NCBI GenBank assembly: GCA_963755905.1
Contig: CAVWLM010000002.1
Span: 672,944-736,943 of the forward strand
Direction of reading: 5' to 3'
Origin: an uncultured delta proteobacterium
GTDB lineage: Bacteria > Desulfobacterota > Binatia > Binatales > Binataceae
DNA length: 64,000 bases
Under the pieces are notes generated by a model. That model ran no database searches, was not told the DNA's origin, and saw only the letters and a list, made by a program, of their open reading frames with translations. Shown piece after piece: positions 56,820 to 64,000 of the stretch. Positions within the stretch are counted from its first letter, which is position 1; each line of letters begins with the position of its first letter. Position numbers and translations under genes: made by a program.

Positions 56820-57236
56820 TTATTTCAGATAGTCGAGCATCCCGCGCCGCAATATCCCCTCAAGGTACGGAATCATGTCGGTCATCCGCGTAAGCTCGGC
56901 GGGCGTTACCCAACGGCCCTCGGAATGCTCATCGGACATCAGGAGGAGATCTCGGCGGGCATCCGCGGGCCGGCATGCAAAGAGCGCTTGCACGTATGGA
57001 TCCGACGGCGCTTTGTAGAGGCCAAGCGTGCGCTCGATCTCGATCGCAAGGCCGGTCTCTTCGCCGACTTCGCGCGCGAGGCACTCCTCCAGACTTTCGC
57101 CCAGCGCGAGATGGCCTCCGGGAAGGTCCCAGTGGCTCGGCCTATAAGACATCCGCGCCGCGCGCCGCAGCACCAGCAGACGTCCACCGTCGGCGATTAC
57201 GCCGTGTACTCCAATCCAGAACTGCGACTCCGCCAT
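56820..57236 (-). CDS. Nudix hydrolase
   Basis: Nudix box GGHLALGESLEECLAREVGEETGL. Confidence 0.85.
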   Translation of the reverse strand: MAESQFWIGVHGVIADGGRLLVLRRAARMSYRPSHWDLPGGHLALGESLEECLAREVGEETGLAIEIERTLGLYKAPSDPYVQALFACRPADARRDLLLMSDEHSEGRWVTPAELTRMTDMIPYLEGILRRGMLDYLK

Positions 57237-57394
57237 CCGATCACTTCAACCCGTGTAAAGAAGCTTGCGTTCGCCGCCGACGGCCATCACCGTGCAGGCA
57301 ATTCCAGAGTAACTGCCCGATGCCTCCTGCGCCATGAGGCGGGACGACGACGCAGCCGTCGTCCCGCCTCATGGCGCGGCGTTGTGCGCCGCGG

Positions 57395-59038
57395 TCATCG
57401 AGGGCGGCGAGGGCGGATGGGGCCGCGCGCAGCGCGGCCCCATCCGCCCCCGCCGGGCGTTTCGATTCGCACGCGCTCGCCCGCCACCAGACGCTCGTTG
57501 GCCTTGCCGGGCAGCTTGATGTGCTGCCCGTCACGCACCAGATAATTCGCGCCGGGCTTGCCGGGGCCGCCGCCGGCAAGCCCCCACGGCTGCGTGACGC
57601 GTCGATCGGTCAGCAGGCTCAGTGTCGCCGGCACCATGCATTCAAGTTCGCGAATGAGACCGTCACCGCCGGCGGCCGCGCCGCGGCCGCCGGAGCCGCG
57701 GCGCACCCGGTACTCGGTTATCCGCATCGGGTAGTAGGCTTCCAGCGCTTCGATCGGCGTGTTGAGCGTGTTGGTCATGTGCGTATGGAGGCCGGCGGCG
57801 CCGGGATGGCCGGGAGCCGCGCCGGCGCCGCCGGCGATCGTTTCGTAATAAGAGAAGTGGCGCGCGCGGATCGAGTCATAGCCGCCCAGCGTCATGTTCG
57901 ACATCGAACCTGAGCTGGCCGCCGGGATACGGTCGGGTGCGGCGGCGGCCAGCGCCTTAAGCAGAACGTCGACGATACGCTGCGAGGTTTCGACGTTGCC
58001 GCCTGCGACTGCGGCGGGCGGCAACGCGTTGACAATTGAACCGGGCGGCGCGATTACCCGAATCGGGCGCATCAGCCCCTCGTTGGCCGGCACCGCTTCC
58101 GCCGCCAGGCATTTCATCACGTAGAAGGTTGCCGAGAGCGTGATCGCATAGTTGGCGTTGACCGAGCCGCGGACCTGCGGCGCGGAGCCGGTGAAATCGA
58201 CCGTCGCGCGTCCGCCGCCAATCCGAATCGCTACGCGAATCGCGATTGGCCCCGTGCCAACGCCGTCGTCATCGAGGTAGTCCACCGCGCGATACAGACC
58301 CGGCCGCAGACGGCTGAGCGTCGCGCGCATCAGGCGGTCCGCGTAATCCTTGAGCGCCGCCATCGCCGCGGTCACCGGCGCACGCCCGCTCGAGGCCACC
58401 AGCCCGCGCAGCCGCTCGGCACCGACGTCAAGCGCCGCGATTTGCGCGCGCAGGTCGCCCTCGCGTTCCTCGCGCACCCGCGTATTGGCGAAGAACAGTT
58501 CCAGCACGTCGCGCGCGGGCTTCCCCGCGCGCATGATATGAACCGGCGGCAGGCGAAAGCCTTCCTGGTAGATCTCGGTCGAAAGCGCCATCGAACCCGG
58601 CGCCATCCCGCCGATGTCGGCGTGATGGGCACGGTTGGCGGCGAACGCGAAGGGCCGGCGCTCGTGGCCAAGAAAGATTGGCGCGACCAGGGTGAGATCC
58701 GGCAGATGGGTTCCGCCGGCGAACGGATCGTTGACCGCCGCGACGTCGCCCGGGCCAAGCTCCAGCCGTTCGATTGCGGCGCGTACTGAAAGCGGTGTCG
58801 AGCCGAGATGGACCGGGATATGCGCGGCCTGTGCGACCAGTTCTCCGCTGCCGTCGAACAGCGCGCATGAAAAATCGTGGCGCTCCTTGATGTTGGGCGA
58901 GAAGCCGGTCTGCCCCAACACGACGCCCATCTCCTCGGCGATCGCGCCGAGGCGGTTATTCATCACCGCGAGTGTCACCGGGTCGAGCTTCATCCCAGGC
59001 TTCGTCGCAAGCCGCTTGGCGGCACGCTTCATGGTCAC
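57395..59038 (-). CDS. Hydantoinase B / 5-oxoprolinase subunit (HyuB family)
   Basis: DPVTLAVMNNRL...FSCALFD. Confidence 0.9.
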   Translation of the reverse strand: MTMKRAAKRLATKPGMKLDPVTLAVMNNRLGAIAEEMGVVLGQTGFSPNIKERHDFSCALFDGSGELVAQAAHIPVHLGSTPLSVRAAIERLELGPGDVAAVNDPFAGGTHLPDLTLVAPIFLGHERRPFAFAANRAHHADIGGMAPGSMALSTEIYQEGFRLPPVHIMRAGKPARDVLELFFANTRVREEREGDLRAQIAALDVGAERLRGLVASSGRAPVTAAMAALKDYADRLMRATLSRLRPGLYRAVDYLDDDGVGTGPIAIRVAIRIGGGRATVDFTGSAPQVRGSVNANYAITLSATFYVMKCLAAEAVPANEGLMRPIRVIAPPGSIVNALPPAAVAGGNVETSQRIVDVLLKALAAAAPDRIPAASSGSMSNMTLGGYDSIRARHFSYYETIAGGAGAAPGHPGAAGLHTHMTNTLNTPIEALEAYYPMRITEYRVRRGSGGRGAAAGGDGLIRELECMVPATLSLLTDRRVTQPWGLAGGGPGKPGANYLVRDGQHIKLPGKANERLVAGERVRIETPGGGGWGRAARGPIRPRRPR

Positions 59039-61047
59039 GCCTCCAGGTGCAGATTGCCGAAGCCGTCGGCGCGCAGTGTGAACTCGGGTGCGACGTACGC
59101 CGTGGCGCTGAGTTCGACGATGATCGCCGGTCCGCGGATCGTCGCGCTCGCGCCGATCGTGTCGCGCTCATAGACCGGCACCGCGCGTGCGCGCTCGCCG
59201 GCGACGACCTGGATCCGCCGTGTGGGCGACAGTCGCCCCTCGGAACGCCTAAGGCGTTTGGCCGAACGCCCAAGTCGTTCGGGCGCGGCGGCGACGCCAG
59301 GGGAGGTAGCGCGCAGACGCAGATTCACGACTTCGACGGCGGCTTTGGGTGCGGCGTAGCCGAAGGTGCGGCGATGGGCGGCGTGGAAGTCGGCGGCGAA
59401 GCGCGGAGTGAGCGCCACCTCGATTTCGTAAGATTGGCCGCGATAGCGCACGTCGGCGAAAAGTTCGACGCGGATTTGCGCGGGGCGCGCGCCTTCGGCG
59501 GCTAGCTCGCGGCGTGCGCGCGTGACCATCGGAAGCGCGCGCGCGGCGAGGCCGCGGTAATTGGGCGAGGCCTCGCGCACGGTGAGCGAGTATTCGCGTC
59601 CGAGCGGCGCTTGCAACGCTCCCCACGCGCAGAGCAGACCGGGATTGCGCGGCAGCACGATACGTCTGATGCCGAGGTCGAGCGCCAGTTCGCAGGCGTG
59701 CATCGGGCCTGCCCCGCCGAAGGCCATCAGCGCGAAATCGCGCGGATCGAAGCCGCGCTCGACGGTTATCACGCGCACGGCGCGTTCCATGTTGGCGTTG
59801 ACGACGCGAATCACTCCGCGCGCCGCGCCGATGGCGTCGGTGCGCATCGCGCGGCTAAGCGCTGCGATCGCCCTTGCGGCGCGCTCGGGATAAAGGCGCA
59901 TCGCGCCGCCCAGGAAATTTTCGGCCACCAACCGTCCGGCGACGAGATTGGCGTCGGTTACCGTCGGCGCCTCCCCGCGTCCGTAGCAGGCCGGCCCGGG
60001 ATCGGCCCCGGCGCTTTCGGGGCCGACTCTGAGCGAGCCGCCCGTGTCGACCGCCGCGATCGAGCCGCCCCCCGCGCCGACCGTATGGATATCGACGACG
60101 GGAGTACGGACGGCGTAGCCGCTGGGATAGCTGAGCGTGCGGATCGCGGCGCGGCCGTCGAACAGGGACACATCGGTCGAAGTGCCGCCCATGTCGAAAG
60201 TGATGAATCGATCGACGCCGGTTGCGCGCACCAGCGCGGCCGCGCCGATAACGCCGGCGGCGGGACCGGAAAGAATCGTGCGGACCGGTTCGTCACGCGC
60301 AAGGCGCGCACCAATCGCGCTGCCGTTGGATTGCATCACGCGCAGCCGCGCCGCCCGCAGATCGCGCTCCAGCCGGCCGACGTGGGAAGACATCCGCGGC
60401 GCCACGTACGCATTGACTACCGTGGTCGAGAGCCGCTCGAACTCGCGGTATTCGGCCAGGATGCGATGGGACACCGAAAGCGGCAAACCCAGCGGCGTGA
60501 GCGCTCGCGCGAGCCGCCGTTCGCTTGCAGGGTTGGCGTAAGAGTGGAGCAGGCAGATCGCGATCGAGCCAGCACGGCTCGAGGCGGCGGCGCGGCGCAC
60601 GCGGTCAAGCTCGGCGGCAGTCAGGCGCTGCCCCACTTTGCCGTCGAAGTAGGTCCGCTCGGCGACCCCCAGGCGCATCGCGCGCTCAATCAGCGGTTCG
60701 GGGCGCTGAGGAGCCAGCGAATAGAGGTCGCTGCGGTTTTGACGGCCGATCTCGATCAGGTCCTCGAAGCCGGCGTTGGTCACCAGCAGGACCCGCGCGC
60801 CTTTGCGTTCGAGCAAGGCGTTGGTCGCCACGGTTGAGCTGTAAGTGACCAGGTCGGGAATCAAACTTCGGGTGGCGCCGTCCGGGATATCTTCAAGTAT
60901 CACTTTAAGTCCGTCGATGACCGCGCGTGCGGGATCGTCAGGCGTCGAGGGGACCTTGTGCACCTTGAGGTGTGCGCCGACGATCGCGACCAGATCGGTG
61001 AACGTCCCGCCGGTATCGATTCCGATGATGATGGGTGTGGCCATCAT
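59035..61047 (-). CDS. Hydantoinase A / 5-oxoprolinase subunit (HyuA family)
   Basis: MMATPIIIGIDTGGTFTDLV. Start ATG overlaps the stop of the upstream ADH (ATGA). The ORF-track N-terminal extension is rejected. Confidence 0.9.
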   Translation of the reverse strand: MMATPIIIGIDTGGTFTDLVAIVGAHLKVHKVPSTPDDPARAVIDGLKVILEDIPDGATRSLIPDLVTYSSTVATNALLERKGARVLLVTNAGFEDLIEIGRQNRSDLYSLAPQRPEPLIERAMRLGVAERTYFDGKVGQRLTAAELDRVRRAAASSRAGSIAICLLHSYANPASERRLARALTPLGLPLSVSHRILAEYREFERLSTTVVNAYVAPRMSSHVGRLERDLRAARLRVMQSNGSAIGARLARDEPVRTILSGPAAGVIGAAALVRATGVDRFITFDMGGTSTDVSLFDGRAAIRTLSYPSGYAVRTPVVDIHTVGAGGGSIAAVDTGGSLRVGPESAGADPGPACYGRGEAPTVTDANLVAGRLVAENFLGGAMRLYPERAARAIAALSRAMRTDAIGAARGVIRVVNANMERAVRVITVERGFDPRDFALMAFGGAGPMHACELALDLGIRRIVLPRNPGLLCAWGALQAPLGREYSLTVREASPNYRGLAARALPMVTRARRELAAEGARPAQIRVELFADVRYRGQSYEIEVALTPRFAADFHAAHRRTFGYAAPKAAVEVVNLRLRATSPGVAAAPERLGRSAKRLRRSEGRLSPTRRIQVVAGERARAVPVYERDTIGASATIRGPAIIVELSATAYVAPEFTLRADGFGNLHLEA

Positions 61048-61991
61048 GGCTTGAGCAAAACCTTGAAATTTGGCGATCGTCCGGCAGCGGCGAAGGCGGC
61101 CGACGCGTCGTCTAGCGGATACACCGCCGAGATGAGCGGTTGGGGGTTGAGTTTTCCCGAGGCGAGCGCGGCAATCGCCGGCGCAAACCGGCCGCATCGC
61201 GAACCCACGATCGTGATTTCGTTAACCACGGCCTGGGCAAGGTTGAGTGACGCGCCTGCCGCCGCCGTGCTCTTGAGAATTACCTTGCCCCGCGGACGTA
61301 CCAGCGCCAGCGCCCGATTGAGTCCCTCGCTGTGCCCGGTGCAATCGATTACCACGTCGAAGCCGGATTCGAGTTCATCTTCGAGTAATACTTTAAATTT
61401 AAGCGCCGCGAGATGATCGAGCTTGTCGCGATGGCGTCCGGCGAGCACCGGTGCGTAATCCTCCGCGCGAAGTATTATCGCGATGAGCGCGCCGAGCCGT
61501 CCGTCACCGAGCACGGCGATTGTTTGATTGCGTTGAATGCCGATCTGCTCGAAGATCTCGTAGGCAGCCGCGGCCGGCTCGATGAAAGCTCCAAGCTCGT
61601 CGGTTATCGAGTCGGGCAGGGCGATCAGGTTTTCGTCGGGCAGCCGGAGATATTCAGCGAACGCGCCGTCGCGCCCCAGAATTCCGAGCACGGTGCGGTT
61701 GGGGCAATGGCGTCCAAGGCCATCCAGGCACCAGGCGCATCGCCCGCAAGCGGCATTGATCTCGCCCACCACGCGGCGCCCGGCGAGCGCACGGGTCTGA
61801 GTGTCGACAACCTCGCCGACAAACTCATGGCCCGGCACGCCGCGATAGGTCATGTACCCGCGCGCCAATTCGAGGTCGGTGCCGCAGATGCCGGCTATCC
61901 GTACGCGAACAACACTTTCACCCGGCGCCGGCGCCGGGTCGGGATAATCGTGACGCAGGGTCAGTTCGCGATCGAGTACCAGCGCGCGCAT
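61044..61991 (-). CDS. Zinc-dependent alcohol dehydrogenase (MDR family)
   Basis: GICGTDLE, GHEFVGEV, GxGxxG Rossmann motif. Confidence 0.85.
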   Translation of the reverse strand: MRALVLDRELTLRHDYPDPAPAPGESVVRVRIAGICGTDLELARGYMTYRGVPGHEFVGEVVDTQTRALAGRRVVGEINAACGRCAWCLDGLGRHCPNRTVLGILGRDGAFAEYLRLPDENLIALPDSITDELGAFIEPAAAAYEIFEQIGIQRNQTIAVLGDGRLGALIAIILRAEDYAPVLAGRHRDKLDHLAALKFKVLLEDELESGFDVVIDCTGHSEGLNRALALVRPRGKVILKSTAAAGASLNLAQAVVNEITIVGSRCGRFAPAIAALASGKLNPQPLISAVYPLDDASAAFAAAGRSPNFKVLLKP

Positions 61992-62100
61992 CGGCCGATT
62001 GAAACAAAAAAACCGCCGTGTGCGCTAGCCCGCCACGTACACACGATCGCGTCGGCCCGACAGCCCTGGAAGCTTCAGTCCCTGGAATTCAGTCCGATGA

Positions 62101-62493
62101 TTAGTTCTTCGTGCTTTTTTCGGAGGAAGACGAGCCGCCTTTATCCGACGAACCGGTCTTTTCCGACGAGCCGCTCTTAGCCGAGGAAGGGCTGTCCGAC
62201 GAAGCCGACGCGGTCGAAGAGCCGTTGGTCCCGTTACTCGTGGACTCGCTCGACGATTTATCGCTGGATTTGTCGCCGGACTTGTCACCCGACGTATCGG
62301 CGCCCTTGCCGCTGCCCGAGCGCGCGTAGTCGGTGGCGTACCATCCGGAACCCTTGAGCACGAACGAAGTACTGGAAATCATCCGCTCGACCTTGCTTTT
62401 GCAGGTCGGGCAACGTTTAAGCGCTGGTTCGGTGATGCGTTGCATCGTTTCGAACGTTCCGCATTTGGGGCAGCGATATTCGTAGATCGGCAT
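62101..62493 (-). CDS. FmdB-family zinc-ribbon protein with Ser/Gly/Asp/Lys-rich low-complexity tail
   Basis: MPIYEYRCPKCG...CPTC, then ...SGDKSGDKSSDKSSSESTSNG.... Confidence 0.6.
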   Translation of the reverse strand: MPIYEYRCPKCGTFETMQRITEPALKRCPTCKSKVERMISSTSFVLKGSGWYATDYARSGSGKGADTSGDKSGDKSSDKSSSESTSNGTNGSSTASASSDSPSSAKSGSSEKTGSSDKGGSSSSEKSTKN

Positions 62494-62644
62494 TTTAGTA
62501 GCTGAAACGGGCTCCTGGCGGCCTCGAGCCTTACGTAATCACGCTTGGCGGCCTTGTCAATTAGCCTACGCCGGCACGCGATTCACTTTTCAATTTTCAC
62601 TTGACAATTGCGATCGCTTTCCGTGTCTTTCCATCTTCCCAGAA

Positions 62645-62916
62645 TCATGGCCGCGACGCTATCGTGGCCAGTTTTGCGGCGATTGTGGCAGGGTTGCCAC
62701 AGGTTATCCGGAGCGATTTCTGCCTCGCCGTCGCGCCGCCGACCAGTTCCACCGCCGAGCGCGCAACGCCGGCCATCCGCGCGACGTCGCGATAAGTTCC
62801 GCATTGGCCTTGCCGCGCTCGGGTGCGGCCGCGACGCCTATCACCAGGCCGCGCGGATCGGCTCGCAGTAATCCGGTGCGCGAAGCGCCGGGCCGCGCCA
62901 TCACCTTGAGGATCAC
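62645..62916 (-). pseudogene. DUF167 (YggU-like) protein, split by a frameshift
   Basis: ILKVMARPGASRTGLLRADPRGLVIGVAAAPERGKANAELIA in one frame. VARSAVELVGGATARQKSLRI in another. Adjacent to yggT, as expected. Confidence 0.5.
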
Positions 62917-63001
62917 CGCGTCGGCCCCGGCGATGAGCCACGCGGGTAGTTGGTCGGAGACGTCGCGTCGAGCGGCGCGCGTACGCGGCTCGGAAGAGAG
63001 C

Positions 63002-63319
63002 TTACGAACCGTAAATCACCGCCGCCGGCGTGACGGCCCGAATGAGGGCGATGATCAACACGCGCTGCACGAATTGAATGGCGATGATGACCACGATGGG
63101 CGAGAGGTCGAGGCCACCGAAGTACACCGGCAGATGTTCGCGGACAAAATCGAACACCGGCTCGGTCATCGCGTAAAGCGTTCGCACGATAGGGTTGTAC
63201 GGGTCGGGCTGCACCCAGGTCAGAAGCGTGGCGATGATGACGATCCAAAAGTAGATTTGAAGCAGCCCGGACAAGGTCTGGGCCAGAAATACGATGGTGT
63301 TTACCAAAATATCGGGCAT
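63002..63319 (-). CDS. YggT-family membrane protein
   Basis: ~100 aa with two TM hairpins. Conserved YggT pattern. Confidence 0.8.
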   Translation of the reverse strand: MPDILVNTIVFLAQTLSGLLQIYFWIVIIATLLTWVQPDPYNPIVRTLYAMTEPVFDFVREHLPVYFGGLDLSPIVVIIAIQFVQRVLIIALIRAVTPAAVIYGS

Positions 63320-63340
63320 CGTCGATAACTCCGGAATGGC

Positions 63341-64000
63341 CTAGCTGACGCGCCCTAATTCGCGCGATCGCTCGGCAGCGGCTTTTACAGCACGCGCCAC
63401 GATATCAGAAAAGCCATCCGCGCCGAATTGTTTGAGCGCGGCCTCGGTGGTGCCGCCCGGCGAGGCGACAATGCGAATCAGCTCGGCTGCCGCCATCGGC
63501 GAGCGGCGCATGTTTTCCTCCGCTCCGCGAATCGTTTTGAGCGCCATCCGCAGCGCCAGCTCGACCGGCAAGCCCTCGGCCACAGCGGCGTCGGCGAGCG
63601 ACTTGGCGAACAGGTACACATACGCCGGGCCACTGCCCGAAAGCGCGGTCACCGCGTCGAGCAACGTCTCGTCCTTGAGCGCCACCGCGTCGCCGACGGC
63701 GCGGAAGATTCTAAGCGCGAAGGCCTCGTCGGCGCGGCTCGCGTTGCGTCCGCGCACGAGCGCGGCCATCCCCTGACCGACCATCGCGGGCGCGTTCGGC
63801 ATCACACGGATAACCCGTGCGCGGCCACCCAGCGCCCCCTCGAGCCGGCCCAGTGTTACTCCGGCGGCGATCGACACGAATAGCCTGGAGGCCAATTCTT
63901 CTCTTGGGTGGCGCGCCATCGCCATCGCTGCCGGCCCGGGCAAGCTCCGTCAGCACGGCGTCGATAGTTTGCGGCTTTACCGCGAAGAGCACGGCGCGCG
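63341..64000 (-). CDS. proC: Pyrroline-5-carboxylate reductase (ProC), 5' end beyond window; apparent frameshift near 63930
   Basis: MPNAPAMVGQGMAAL...SGSGPAYVYLF...ASPGGTTEAAL. N-terminal LFAVKPQTIDAVLTEL reads in a different frame. Confidence 0.8.

Noticed and set aside
59035-61197. N-terminal 50-aa extension of HyuA in the ORF track
   Set aside because: The conserved HyuA start MMATPIIIGIDTGG begins at 61047 and is translationally coupled to the upstream ADH stop. The extension overlaps the ADH coding region.
1-64000. Search for CRISPR arrays, rRNA, or large tandem repeats
   Set aside because: No regularly spaced direct repeats of 25-40 bp with unique spacers were seen. The only short tandem repeats are the 9-mer triplets near the island ends. 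No rRNA-like sequence was seen.

Overview
High-GC (roughly 63-66%) bacterial chromosomal window. The left third (1-28.3 kb) is a mosaic accessory region. It holds two degenerate rve-type transposase remnants (3389-3577, 7515-7718) and a complete IS3-family (IS407-like) insertion sequence (10701-12006) with the classic orfA/orfB overlap. Its main feature is a ~15-kb integrative element inserted into the 3' half of a tRNA-Leu(CAA) gene. An exact 55-bp direct repeat of the tRNA 3' end marks the two ends (13334-13388 and 28237-28291). The element carries a P4-type tyrosine integrase, an AlpA-like regulator, two excisionase-family HTH genes, a primase/helicase-like replication gene, a SprT-like metallopeptidase, terminase small and large subunits, and about 15 small hypothetical genes. 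Many of its genes are broken by single-base frameshifts (integrase, an HTH protein, the replication protein, the terminase large subunit). It therefore looks like a decaying prophage or satellite-like island. The window also shows frameshifts in conserved chromosomal genes (RND pump, yggU-like DUF167, proC), so assembly indel error cannot be excluded. The right two thirds (28.3-64 kb) are ordinary chromosome. Genes there: an Ntn-hydrolase (choloylglycine hydrolase family), SDRs, an RND efflux operon (TolC-like/MFP/AcrB-like), and an SBP56/methanethiol-oxidase gene co-transcribed with a Met/His-rich membrane protein. Also present are FmdB zinc-ribbon proteins, DoxX, the Grx4-BolA pair, a KirBac potassium channel, and a thiolase/Rieske-oxygenase/ferredoxin-reductase/FAD-oxidoreductase/CaiB-CoA-transferase catabolic cluster. 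Further genes: CYTH, NudL, ThiI, an ArsB/NhaD permease, a persulfide dioxygenase-rhodanese fusion, a lipoprotein, a GT2 glycosyltransferase, Nudix, the hydantoinase HyuA/HyuB pair with a Zn-ADH, and YggT/YggU/ProC. The left end starts inside a sigma-54 (NtrC-type) activator gene. No CRISPR array or rRNA was found. Many long ORFs in the supplied track are antisense artefacts of the high GC content.
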